Assembly: GCF_001482195.1 (NCBI RefSeq)
Contig: NZ_KQ759763.1
Coordinates: 289,023 to 321,022 of the forward strand
Origin: Luteimonas abyssi
Lineage (GTDB): Bacteria > Pseudomonadota > Gammaproteobacteria > Xanthomonadales > Xanthomonadaceae
Direction of reading: 5' to 3'
DNA: 32,000 nt
The notes below the pieces were generated by a model that searched no databases, was not told where the DNA came from, and saw only the letters and a list, made by a program, of their open reading frames with translations. Of this stretch, positions 1 to 9,080 are shown in pieces. The translations under genes were made by a program, and so were the position numbers. How positions within the stretch are numbered: position 1 is the stretch's first letter; each line of letters opens with the position of its first letter.

Positions 1-213
1 CCGGTCATCCGGAGCGCGGACAGGTGCAGGAGCCGGTGGCCCTGGAGTGTGTGCGTGGCGCGCATCGCGGTGGCCTCCATCGGAAGGGTGCGTGGTCCCG
101 AGTGTGCGAGCGGGCCGGCAGGCTTTCAAGGGCCGCCCGGAGCGGCACGAGGCGCGCCTCGGCCCGGTTTCACCGGGCGATGCGCTCAGCGCCGCGTGCT
201 CACCGCCAGGCGC

Positions 214-918
214 TCATCGGGCGAGTTCGGCATCGGCATCGTCCACTAGGGGCTCCAGCGCGCGCCAGACGTGATCGCGCAGGGCCGGCTGGACGGCCGC
301 GGTCGGATGCATGTTGTCGGACTGGAAGCCCGAACGGTCCAGGGCGATCGGCTCGAGCAGGAACGGCAGCAACGGGATGTCGAAGAACCCGGCGAGCTGG
401 GTATAGACGCCTTCGAATCCCAGGGTGTAATCCGCGCCGAGATTGGGCGGCATGCGCATGCCGACCAGCAACACGCGGGCGCCGACGAACTCCGATGCAC
501 CGATCATGCGCGCGAGGTTGCGGCGCATCTCGCGCAGCGGCAGGCCGCGCAGGCCGTCGTTGGCACCGAGAGCGATCACCACCACCGCCGGGCGTTCGCG
601 CACGACCGCGTCGACGATGCGCGCCGAGCCGCCGGCCGTGGTTTCGCCGCTGATGCTGGCATTGACCACGCGCCAGTCGGGGTGCTGCTCGCGCAGATCG
701 CTTGCGAGCAGGCCGACCCAGCCTTCATGTGCGGCCATGCCGTAGCCGGCGCTCAACGAATCGCCCATCACCAGCAGGGTACGGGTGGGGGGTGACGCGG
801 TGTGCGTGGCCGCGGGCGATTGCGCCCAGCCTGCAGCCGAGGTCAGCAGGGCGAGGCAGGCGAGCAGCCAGGCGGCGGCGCGATGCGGGCGAGCGGCGAA
901 CGGAGACACGAACGACAT
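214..918 (-). CDS. tesA: SGNH/GDSL hydrolase, TesA-like acyl-CoA thioesterase I / arylesterase (secreted)
   Basis: In ORF 214..984 I prefer the internal ATG at 918, because it gives the signal peptide MSFVSPFAARPHRAAAWLLACLALLTSAAGWAQ. GDS catalytic block (LLVMGDSLSAGYG), GAND block (IALGANDGLRG), C-terminal D..HP block (SDNMHPT). Divergent from ybbA-ybbP, as in E. coli tesA. Confidence 0.8.
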   Translation of the reverse strand: MSFVSPFAARPHRAAAWLLACLALLTSAAGWAQSPAATHTASPPTRTLLVMGDSLSAGYGMAAHEGWVGLLASDLREQHPDWRVVNASISGETTAGGSARIVDAVVRERPAVVVIALGANDGLRGLPLREMRRNLARMIGASEFVGARVLLVGMRMPPNLGADYTLGFEGVYTQLAGFFDIPLLPFLLEPIALDRSGFQSDNMHPTAAVQPALRDHVWRALEPLVDDADAELAR

Positions 919-1103
919 GGAGGCGTGCACGAAGTGGGGAACGAACACGATAGCCCAGCCTGGCCTCCGCCAGACCGAGCGCACGGTGAACGGGGCGCAG
1001 CGTCCCGAGTTTCAGGCATGCGGTCCCGCGCGGGGAGCCCGTACACTCGGTCGTTCATGTTCGGGCTCGAGATCCGCACCAGCGGCCGCCCGCCTCCATA
1101 CCG

Positions 1104-1856
1104 ATGCCAGGAAGTCGCATGCCCGATTCGCCGTCCGCGCCCGTCGCCTCCGCCCACGCCTCGTCCGCATTCGCCGCGCCTGCCCGGCAGCCTGCCCTGC
1201 GCGTCCGCGATCTCGGCAAGCGGGTGGCCCTGCCCGACAGTGCGCTGACGATTCTCGACGGCATCGGCTTCGACATCGCACAGGGCGAAACCGTCGCCAT
1301 CGTCGGAGCGTCGGGTTCGGGCAAGAGCACGCTGCTGTCGCTGCTGGCCGGGTTGGACCTGCCCTCGTCGGGCGAGATCGAACTCGACGGCACCGCGCTG
1401 TCGGTACTGGACGAAGACGGTCGTGCCCGCGTGCGCGCCGACAAGGTCGGCTTCGTGTTCCAGAACTTCCAGTTGCTGCCGTCGCTGACCGCACTGGAGA
1501 ACGTGATGCTGCCGCTCGAGCTGCGCGGCGACGCCGATGCGCGCGGACCGGCCGAGGCGGAGCTGACCCGGGTCGGGCTGGGCGAGCGCCTGGGGCATTA
1601 CCCGCGCCAGTTGTCCGGTGGCGAGCAGCAGCGCGTCGCCCTGGCGCGCGCCTTCGTGACGCGTCCGTCGCTGCTGTTCGCCGACGAACCCACCGGCAAC
1701 CTCGACACCCGCACCGGGCAATCGGTGATCGAGCTGCTGTTCGCGATGAATGCCGATGCCGGCACCACCCTGGTGCTGGTGACACACGACGACCACCTCG
1801 CCGCGCGCTGCGGCCGCGTGCTGCGCATCGACAGCGGGCGGCTGGTGGACGCATGA
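1104..1856 (+). CDS. ybbA: ABC transporter ATP-binding protein (YbbA/LolD-like)
   Basis: Walker A GASGSGKST, ABC signature LSGGEQQRVALARA, Walker B LLFADEPTGNLD, H-loop VTHD. The start could instead be the ATG at 1119. The stop overlaps the next gene's start (ATGA at 1853-1856). Confidence 0.85.
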   Translation: MPGSRMPDSPSAPVASAHASSAFAAPARQPALRVRDLGKRVALPDSALTILDGIGFDIAQGETVAIVGASGSGKSTLLSLLAGLDLPSSGEIELDGTALSVLDEDGRARVRADKVGFVFQNFQLLPSLTALENVMLPLELRGDADARGPAEAELTRVGLGERLGHYPRQLSGGEQQRVALARAFVTRPSLLFADEPTGNLDTRTGQSVIELLFAMNADAGTTLVLVTHDDHLAARCGRVLRIDSGRLVDA

Positions 1857-4351
1857 GGACCGTACGCCTCGCCTGGACCCAGTTCGCCCGCGACCTCGCC
1901 GCTGGCGAAGTGCGCATCATGCTGGCCGCGCTGGTGCTGGCGGTGCTGGCGGTGAGCGCGGTGGGTTTCGTGACCGACCGTGCCGAGCGTGCGCTGACGC
2001 AGCAGGCCAATCGTCTGCTCGGCGGCGACGCGGTGCTGCGGTCCGATGCCCCCATCGACGCCGCGGTGACCGCCGCGGCCGATGCCGCCGGCCTGCAGCA
2101 CACCGCGACGGTCGAGCTCGACAGCATGATCCGCGTCGGCGACGACCTGCGCCTGGGCGACCTCAGCGCGCTGGGCGAGGGTTACCCGCTGCGCGGAGCG
2201 TTCCGGATCGCCGAGCGTGGCGACGGCGACGATCGCGAAGCGGACGGCATTCCGGCGCCGGGCACGGTCTGGCTCAGCCGCGCGGGTGCCGACACGCTGG
2301 ATGCACGGGTCGGCGACACCGTGTCGCTGGGCGAAGCGCAGTTGCGCCTGGCGGCCCTGGTCACCCAGGAGCCCGACGCCTCGATCGATTACTTCAATGT
2401 CGCGCCCAAGGTCTTCCTCAACGTCGCGGACCTGGAGGCGACCGGGCTGGTGCAGGAAGGCAGCCGGATCCGCTACCGGCTCGTGGTGGCCGGCGACCAG
2501 GATGCCGTGGAGCGTTTCGCCGGCGGTCTGCGCGACGATCTCGGACGTGGCCAGCGGTTGGAAACCATCCAGGATGCGCGGCCGGAAATCCGCTCGGGTC
2601 TCGATCGCGCCGGGCGTTTCCTGGGCCTGGCGGCGCTGGTCTCGGTGGTGCTGGCGGCGGTCGCGGTGGCGATGGCCGCGCGCCGGCACAGCGAACGCCA
2701 TCTGTCCGGCGTCGCGGTGATGCGCTGCCTCGGCGCGAGCCAGCGCACGCTGGTGGGGATCCACGTGGGCGAGCTGGTGCTGCTTGGCCTCCTCGCCAGC
2801 GCGATCGGCGTGGTGCTGGCGTTCGGCCTGCAGTGGGCGGTCGGCGGCTGGATCGCGCGCACGCTCGAACTGGAACTTCCCGGCGCCGGCTGGCTGCCGG
2901 CGCTCGAAGGCCTCGGCGTGGGCATGGTGGTGCTGCTGGCCTTCGGTGCGCCGCCGGTGCTGGCCCTGCGCCGCGTACCGGCATTGCGGGTGATCCGTCG
3001 CGATCTCGACCCGGTGGAGCCGGCGGCGCTCGCGGTCGCCCTGGCCGGGTTCGTCGGCCTGGGCGCCTTGTTGTGGTGGAAGGCCGGCTCGGCCGATCTC
3101 GCCGGCGCCATGCTCGGCGGCATTCTCGCCACGCTGGCGGTCCTGGCGTCGATCGCCTGGGCGTTGATCGCCCTGGTGCGGCGCTTGCGTGGGCGTCTGC
3201 GCGGCGGCCTGCGCTATGGTCTGGCGAATGTGAGTCGGCGCGCTGGGGCCAGCATCGCGCAGGTCTCGGCGCTCGGGCTCGGCCTGATGGCGTTGCTGCT
3301 GCTGACCTTCGTGCGCACCGATCTGCTCGACCGCTGGCAGCTGCAGCTGGCCGAGAATGCGCCCAATCGTTTCATCGTCAATGTGCAACCGCATCAGCTC
3401 GACCCGGTGCGCGTCTTCATGGACGAACGCGGTCTGGAGGCGCCGGAGCTGTTTCCGATGGTCCGCGCGCGCCTGGCTGCACGCAACGGCGAACCGGTGA
3501 CCGGCGAGACCTATGCCGGCGAGGATGAGCAGACCCGCCGCCGCGCCGAGCGCGAGTTCAACCTGTCGATGTCCGGCGATCTGCGCGACGACAACCGTGT
3601 GGTGGACGGGCAGTTCTGGACCGGCACGCCGGCCACGCCGGAGTTCTCGGTGGAGGAGAACTTCGCCAGCCAGCTCGGCTGGCAGGTCGGCGACCGCATC
3701 GTCTTCGACATCGCCGGCCAGCCCTTGGAGGCGCCGATCACCAGCCTGCGCAGCGTGGATTGGGAAAGCTTCCGGCCGAACTTCTTCGTGCTCGCCTCGC
3801 CCGGCGCGCTGGACGGCTACCCGGCCAGCTACATCACCGCGGTGAGCGTGCCGCCGGAGCAGACCCGCTTCACCGCGGATCTGGTCGGCGCGTTCCCGAA
3901 CCTGTCGGTAGTCGATGTCGACGCGGTGCTGGCGCAGGTCCGCACCACGGCCGATCAGGTGTCGGTGGTGGTGCAGGCGGTGTTCTGGTTCTCGCTGGTC
4001 GCGGGCGTGCTGGTGCTGCTGGCGGCGGTGAGCGCCAGCCAGGACGAACGCCTGCTGGAGGGCGGGGTGATGCGCGTGCTCGGCGGCAGCCGCCGGCAAC
4101 TGCGCATGGCCCAGGCCACCGAATTCGCCGCCATCGGCCTGCTGGCCGGCCTTGTCGCGGCCATCGCCGCCTCGGTGCTGTCGGGCGTCATCGCCACCCG
4201 CGTGTTCGACCTGCCCTGGCAGCCGAACTGGAGCATGGCCGCCTTCGGCGGCGTCTTGGGCATGGCGATGACCCTGCTGGCCGGCATGATCGCCACCCGC
4301 CGCGTGGTGGACGCCCCTCCGGCGTTGACGTTGCGGGAGTTGCAGGGCTAG
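1853..4351 (+). CDS. ybbP: ABC transporter permease, FtsX-like, YbbP family (832 aa)
   Basis: Lies in frame inside ORF 785..4351. The real start is taken as ATG 1853 (MRTVRLAWTQFARDL...) because it overlaps the ybbA stop. Two FtsX-type membrane modules separated by large soluble loops; size and pairing with ybbA match E. coli YbbP. Confidence 0.8.
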   Translation: MRTVRLAWTQFARDLAAGEVRIMLAALVLAVLAVSAVGFVTDRAERALTQQANRLLGGDAVLRSDAPIDAAVTAAADAAGLQHTATVELDSMIRVGDDLRLGDLSALGEGYPLRGAFRIAERGDGDDREADGIPAPGTVWLSRAGADTLDARVGDTVSLGEAQLRLAALVTQEPDASIDYFNVAPKVFLNVADLEATGLVQEGSRIRYRLVVAGDQDAVERFAGGLRDDLGRGQRLETIQDARPEIRSGLDRAGRFLGLAALVSVVLAAVAVAMAARRHSERHLSGVAVMRCLGASQRTLVGIHVGELVLLGLLASAIGVVLAFGLQWAVGGWIARTLELELPGAGWLPALEGLGVGMVVLLAFGAPPVLALRRVPALRVIRRDLDPVEPAALAVALAGFVGLGALLWWKAGSADLAGAMLGGILATLAVLASIAWALIALVRRLRGRLRGGLRYGLANVSRRAGASIAQVSALGLGLMALLLLTFVRTDLLDRWQLQLAENAPNRFIVNVQPHQLDPVRVFMDERGLEAPELFPMVRARLAARNGEPVTGETYAGEDEQTRRRAEREFNLSMSGDLRDDNRVVDGQFWTGTPATPEFSVEENFASQLGWQVGDRIVFDIAGQPLEAPITSLRSVDWESFRPNFFVLASPGALDGYPASYITAVSVPPEQTRFTADLVGAFPNLSVVDVDAVLAQVRTTADQVSVVVQAVFWFSLVAGVLVLLAAVSASQDERLLEGGVMRVLGGSRRQLRMAQATEFAAIGLLAGLVAAIAASVLSGVIATRVFDLPWQPNWSMAAFGGVLGMAMTLLAGMIATRRVVDAPPALTLRELQG

Positions 4352-4750
4352 CCACCTGGTGCGGGACGGACGCCCGCCTGCTGGTCGCCCGCTGTCACGA
4401 TCCCGCCCCTGGGCACCCGGCCTGCCCCGTCGGGCCGCCCCGGCCGTCACGTTCTCCGCGCCTGCGGACAGGGCTGGAGAACGATGGCGGTGGCGTTGCA
4501 GCCCTTCCGCTAGGGTCCGCCCTACTGGTCACCAACACCCTGAATACGGATAGTCCGGGCCATCCGCATGCCGCGCCTGGCTGAACGGGCGAGCCGCATC
4601 CCGGGCCCGGTTATCCTCCGCACATCGCGTCAGCGCCCGGGTCGGGAGTCTGCGCCGAGGGCGCGCTTGGGGGAGCGTTGGAGCTGCAGTTCATCCGGCG
4701 GACGATGAGCGATCGATCGTGCGCGGACCGACACAGGGAGTGGTGGTGCG

Positions 4751-7063
4751 ATGAAGCAGGCGAGTGCGTGGGGCGAGTCGACGTCGGAGATGCTGGCCAA
4801 GGTGGCCCGGCTGGGGCAGGACACGCGTCTGATCCGGGCCAGGGCGCCGGTGGAGGACGGCACCTACGTCATCCATCGGGTGCAGGGCAGCGAGGCGCTG
4901 TCGACGCCCTACCGGTTCACCGTCGACATGCTGTCGCTGGATGGTCTGCTGGAGCTCAAGCAGGTCATCGGGCAGCCGATGTGCGTGATCGCGAAGGTCG
5001 AGGATGTGGGCGATCGCGTGTTTCACGGCTACGTGCGGGAGTTCGCGCGCGTCGGCATGGACGGCGGTCTGGCGCGTTATCGGCTCGAGCTGGCGCCGTG
5101 GTTCAGTTTCCTCGACGTCACCAGCAACTGCCGGGTGTTTCAGGACCTCTCGGTGCCGGACATCGTGGGCGAGGTGTTCGAGGCGTACGCGGACCTTGCG
5201 CAATTCCGCTTCGATATCGACAAGACGCGCTATCCGCCGCTCAAGTACTGCGTGCAGTACAACGAATCCGATCTCGCGTTCGTCTCGCGGCTGCTCGAGG
5301 ACGCCGGCATCCACTACAGTTTCGAGCACACCCAGGACGGGCACACGCTGGTGCTCGCCGACGACAGTACCGATTGCGCGCAGATCGACGGCGACGAGCA
5401 GGTGCTCTATCACGCGACCGACGACGACAACCCGCATTACGGTCTGGAAACCTGGGTCGCGCGCCGCCGCATCGGCTCGACGCTGCAGGCGCTGAAGAGC
5501 TTCGACTTCAAGCAGCCGCGTTCGGCATTGTCGGTCGATCAGCCGCTCGACGTGCCCTGCGGCCGCTTCGCGCGGCTGGAGTCGTACCGCTATGAGGGGG
5601 CCGCGCGTTACGGCGACAGCGATGTCGGCCAGGCGCTGGCGGGGTTGCGTGCCGAGGAGACGGCCTGGCAGACCAAGTTGTTCGAAGGCAGCGGCAACCA
5701 TCGCATGCTGCAGCCGGGGCGCTACTTCCTGCTGCGTGGTCACTACGACCATACCGAGACCGACGAGCAGGCGCGTCGCTTTCTGGTGGTGCGCGCCGAT
5801 TACGACATGCGCAACAACATCAGCGACGGACTGGAGGAGGCGGGCGACGTCGCCTATGCCTGCACCGTCACCTGCCTGCGTCGCAAGGTCCCCTATCGCC
5901 CCGTGCGCGCGACGCCACGTCCGCGCATGCCGGGACCGCAGACCGCGACCGTGGTCGGCCCTCCGCACGAGGACATCCATGCCGATCGCTACGGCCGGGT
6001 GAAGGTGCAATTCCCGTGGGATCGGCTGGGGCAGTTCAGCGAGTCCAGTTCGTGCTGGGTGCGCGTGGCCAGCCCCTGGGCGGGCGCCGACATGGGCGGC
6101 GTATCGGTGCCGCGCGTGGGCCAGGAAGTGGTGGTGGATTTCCTCGATGGCGATCCGGACCGCCCGATCATCGTCGGCCGCGTCTACAACGAGGACAACA
6201 TGCCGCCCTTCGGTCTGGAGGTCAGCGGGATCAAATCCAAGACGGTCAACGGCGAGGGGTTCAACGAGCTGACCATGCACGATTCGCCGGGCAAGCAGAT
6301 GCTCAACATGCATGCCCAGCGCGACATGGCGACGACGGTCCAGAACGACCAGACCGCCACCATCAACAACAACAAGAGCACATCCGTCGCCAGCAACCAC
6401 AGCATGAGCGTGGGCGCGAACCAGAACATCGCGGTCGGCGGCACGCGCGGGATCGAGGTGACCGGCGACGACAGCCTCGGGGTGACCGGCGCGCGCACCA
6501 CCAGCATCGCCGGCACCTGCACCACCACGGTCACCGGTGCGACCACCGAAACCCTGCAGGGCGGACGGACGGTCACGGTGGACGTGGGGCATACCGAAAC
6601 CATCAACGGGCCCTACGAAACCTCGGTGGTCGGCGACTTCACCAGCAACCGCACCGGTACCTGGATCGAGACGGTCACCGGCACCTCGACCCGCAATGTC
6701 ACCGGCCTGGTCAGCGAGACGCTGGACGCCGGGCGTACCACCCAGGTCACCGGGGACGACACGCGCGGCGTCAGCGGAAAGGTCGACGACAACAACCAGG
6801 GCGATCGCACCGTGTCGGTAGGCGGCAAGCTCGAACAGGGCGTCGCCACCACGATGGAGGTCTCGTCGGGCGGCGACATGACGATGGGCTCCGGCGGGAC
6901 GATGGCATTGGGCGCGGCCAGCGAGGTGGCGATCGGTGTAGGCGAGTCGTCGGGGATCTCGATCACCGGCGGCGAGATCGTCATCAGCTCCGGTGGTTCG
7001 ACCATCGTGATCGACGCCAGCGGTGTCACGATCAATGGCGCCAAGATCAATCTGAACGCCTGA
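4751..7063 (+). CDS. vgrG: Type VI secretion system spike protein VgrG (canonical, no C-terminal effector extension)
   Basis: 770 aa. N-terminal gp27-like region (YRFTVDMLS, YRLELAPWFSFL, CVQYNESDLAFVSRLLEDAGIHYSFEH). gp5 OB-fold (DRYGRVKVQFPWDR, WVRVASPWAG, PRVGQEVVVDFLDGDPDRPIIVGRVYNEDNMPPF). This is followed by a Thr/Gly-rich beta-helix ending GVTINGAKINLNA. SD-like GGGAG lies upstream of the ATG. Confidence 0.95.
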   Translation: MKQASAWGESTSEMLAKVARLGQDTRLIRARAPVEDGTYVIHRVQGSEALSTPYRFTVDMLSLDGLLELKQVIGQPMCVIAKVEDVGDRVFHGYVREFARVGMDGGLARYRLELAPWFSFLDVTSNCRVFQDLSVPDIVGEVFEAYADLAQFRFDIDKTRYPPLKYCVQYNESDLAFVSRLLEDAGIHYSFEHTQDGHTLVLADDSTDCAQIDGDEQVLYHATDDDNPHYGLETWVARRRIGSTLQALKSFDFKQPRSALSVDQPLDVPCGRFARLESYRYEGAARYGDSDVGQALAGLRAEETAWQTKLFEGSGNHRMLQPGRYFLLRGHYDHTETDEQARRFLVVRADYDMRNNISDGLEEAGDVAYACTVTCLRRKVPYRPVRATPRPRMPGPQTATVVGPPHEDIHADRYGRVKVQFPWDRLGQFSESSSCWVRVASPWAGADMGGVSVPRVGQEVVVDFLDGDPDRPIIVGRVYNEDNMPPFGLEVSGIKSKTVNGEGFNELTMHDSPGKQMLNMHAQRDMATTVQNDQTATINNNKSTSVASNHSMSVGANQNIAVGGTRGIEVTGDDSLGVTGARTTSIAGTCTTTVTGATTETLQGGRTVTVDVGHTETINGPYETSVVGDFTSNRTGTWIETVTGTSTRNVTGLVSETLDAGRTTQVTGDDTRGVSGKVDDNNQGDRTVSVGGKLEQGVATTMEVSSGGDMTMGSGGTMALGAASEVAIGVGESSGISITGGEIVISSGGSTIVIDASGVTINGAKINLNA

Positions 7064-7082
7064 TCGGCGCGGGAGAGCACGC

Positions 7083-8705
7083 ATGGGTGATCCCGTGAGC
7101 CCGGTCGAGAAGCGGATCGACCTGTTGGCGCGGTTGTGGCTGGAGGTGGCGCAGACCCCGGATCTGCGCGTGGTGGTCTGGCGGATTCCTCCGAACGCCG
7201 ATGCCATGCTGGGCGCGTTCTTCGAAGCGCACCGGCAGGCGGACGAGGCGTTGACGCCCGATCTGTTCGTGACCTTCGATACCGCATTCGACACCGGTTT
7301 CGGCTACAGCCGCGCGCTGATCGACGCGTTGTGGGAGGGCTACGCCAACAGCCGCGAGACATTGATCGACCAGGGGGTCGGCATCGGCTGGCGCGGCGCG
7401 CACGAGACCTGGTCCGACTCGGCCAGCGGCGTCGTGGGCATGTTCGCGTCGTTCGCCGATCACCATCGCGCACGGATGCGGTTCTTCGTGCCGGTATTGA
7501 TGCCGTCGCAGGTCCTGGGGGTGGAAGCGTTCGGGCACTGGATCGATCATGCGGTCGGCGCCATCGCGGACGCGCCGATCCGGCTGGCGCTCGTCGATCA
7601 TGCGGACAATCCGCATTGGGACGCCCTGCAGGCGCGGCATCCGGATCACGTCCGGATCGTGGAGGCGCCGATCGACATGTTCGACATCGCCCGCGAGACC
7701 GCCGCGCAGGCCGGCGGCGCGGGCCCCGCGGTCGCCTACCGGCAGATGTTCACCGACGTGCTGGCGGCCACCGAAAAGGGCTCCGCCGCACAGGCGGCCT
7801 CGCGTGCGGACAGGGCCCTGGCGCTGGCGGCGCGGCAGGGGTGGCACGACCAGCAGGCCGCGCTGAACATGACTGTCGCCGGCGCGCACCTGAAGGAGCG
7901 CGACACCGCCAAGGCGATCGCCCGCTATCGCGCCGCGCGCGAGAACGGCGCGCAGGCGCACGCGGCGGGCAACCCGGCCGGCCTGCACCTGGTGATGCAG
8001 GCCTGGTTCGGTGAAGGCGGTGCGTGGTTCCTGGCCGACCAGCCCGAACGTGCGGCCGAGGCCTATCTGGGCGGTGCGGAGGCCGCGCGCAGCGTGCCCA
8101 ACCCGATGTTCGCCCTGGAAGGGCAACGCATGGCCGGCTTCTGCCTGGCGCGCGCGCGTCAGCACGGGCCGGCGCAGGGACACTACCTGCGCGGTCTCCG
8201 CGACGCTCGCGACATGGCCCCCGACGACCGCCCCATGACCACGTTGCCGTTGCTGCTGCAGGACATGCTGCGGCTGGAGGACGCCTCGCGTACCGGCAGG
8301 CTCGAAGCCGTGGCGGAGGGCTACCAGCGCCGTGTCGCCGACGCACAGGCCGAGGCCGAACGCGACGCCTCGCGTCTCGGCCAGCAGCCGGACCCGAAGG
8401 CGATCCGGCGGATCGAGGCACGGATGGAAGATCGCTTCGGGCAGGCGTTCGATGCATCGCGCCAGGAGCGCGAGCGCCTGATCGCCGGTGGCAACGAAAT
8501 GTTCCGCAAGATCGTATCCGTCGGGCGCGACTATCTGCACGACGGCTGGAACGGGCTGCCCGACATCAAGCATCCGCTCGATGCCGAGCCGGCCACCTGG
8601 GAGGCATTGCCGGAGTACGCGCAGTTGCCGGATGCGGCCTCCCTCGAAGACGACGGCGCCGGGACGGCCGCCGCGGAGCCCATCGCCATGGAGAAGACGG
8701 CATGA
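7083..8705 (+). CDS. Uncharacterised 540-aa soluble protein, alpha-helical/TPR-like middle region; candidate T6SS adaptor/chaperone for the downstream Rhs effector
   Basis: Starts 19 nt after the vgrG stop, with SD GGGAGAG 5 nt upstream of the ATG. Its stop overlaps the Rhs start (ATGA at 8702-8705). GC3-rich codon usage in this frame. No signal peptide or TM segment seen. Ala-rich helical repeats at about aa 230-400 and an acidic C-terminal tail. I do not recognise DUF4123, DUF2169 or DUF1795 signatures. Confidence 0.75.
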   Translation: MGDPVSPVEKRIDLLARLWLEVAQTPDLRVVVWRIPPNADAMLGAFFEAHRQADEALTPDLFVTFDTAFDTGFGYSRALIDALWEGYANSRETLIDQGVGIGWRGAHETWSDSASGVVGMFASFADHHRARMRFFVPVLMPSQVLGVEAFGHWIDHAVGAIADAPIRLALVDHADNPHWDALQARHPDHVRIVEAPIDMFDIARETAAQAGGAGPAVAYRQMFTDVLAATEKGSAAQAASRADRALALAARQGWHDQQAALNMTVAGAHLKERDTAKAIARYRAARENGAQAHAAGNPAGLHLVMQAWFGEGGAWFLADQPERAAEAYLGGAEAARSVPNPMFALEGQRMAGFCLARARQHGPAQGHYLRGLRDARDMAPDDRPMTTLPLLLQDMLRLEDASRTGRLEAVAEGYQRRVADAQAEAERDASRLGQQPDPKAIRRIEARMEDRFGQAFDASRQERERLIAGGNEMFRKIVSVGRDYLHDGWNGLPDIKHPLDAEPATWEALPEYAQLPDAASLEDDGAGTAAAEPIAMEKTA

Positions 8706-9080
8706 CGGTCGCCGCCAAGCATTTCGATCCCCAGTTGGGGATCGACATCCACATGTACGTGTTTCCGCCGTTACCGCTGCCGATTCCATTGCCGACGCCA
8801 CACATCGGCATCGTCATGGATCCGTTCGACTACATCCCGGTGATCGGCGCCAAGACCCACGTCAACGGCGTCAAGCGCGCGTCGGCGGCCAGCATGGGGC
8901 TGGACATCCACATCCCGCTGGGCCTCTTCCATCCGGCCTTCGCGCCCAAATTGCCCACGGGGCCGCATTTCGACGACGAGATCTTCATGGGCAGCAAGAC
9001 GGTGGCGGCCGACGGCCTGCCGTTCTCGCGGCTGACGATGCCGGTGCTCAGCTGTCAGGCGTTCGGGATGATCGCCCCCG
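8702..9080 (+). other. PAAR-like domain of the Rhs effector (extended class with Pro-rich loops)
   Basis: AAKHFDP...DIH aligns with AARxGDxxxH. GAKTHVNGVKRASAAS and GSKTVAADGLPFSRLTMPVLSC align with GSxxVxINGxPAARxGDxxxC. The Pro-rich PPLPLPIPLPTPHIG loop resembles extended PAAR proteins as I remember them. Needs HMM confirmation. Confidence 0.65.

Noticed and set aside
1-213. Possible 5' end of a minus-strand gene starting at ATG 80 (MEATAMRATHTLQGHRLLHLSALRMT...) and running off the left edge. Also a small hairpin (cccggt-ttc-accggg, about 164-178) downstream of tesA.
   Set aside because: Only about 26 codons are visible, with no motif and no clear SD. That is not enough evidence to call a feature.
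785-1852. N-terminal extensions of track ORFs: 785..4351, 8024..13393, 15445..17172, 24620..26524, 25300..28380, 18271..19614 and 14118..15242.
   Set aside because: The upstream parts overlap well-supported genes in other frames and translate to Arg/Pro-rich nonsense. Internal starts that coincide with the upstream gene's stop or with an SD sequence give proteins of the expected family length.
4412-4425. Sigma-54-like element GGCAC-N5-CTGC (ggcacccggcctgc) about 325 nt upstream of vgrG.
   Set aside because: The GG/GC spacing is correct, but the -12 element is imperfect (CTGC rather than TTGC) and the T before GG is missing. In DNA this GC-rich such matches are expected by chance, and I saw no enhancer-binding-protein sites.
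4691-7294. Very long antisense ORFs mirroring real genes: 4691..7294(-) opposite vgrG, 8771..10957(-) and 11126..12403(-) opposite rhs, 1598..4450(-) opposite ybbP, 23091..24791(-) opposite aceF, 24830..26506(-) opposite the GNAT-nitrilase gene, 26440..28617(-) opposite lpdA, 30470..31978(-) opposite the TBDR.
   Set aside because: These are typical high-GC shadow ORFs. Their translations are Arg/Ala/Gly/Pro-rich low-complexity strings with no recognisable motifs. The opposite strand encodes proteins with many unmistakable family signatures and G/C-ending codons.
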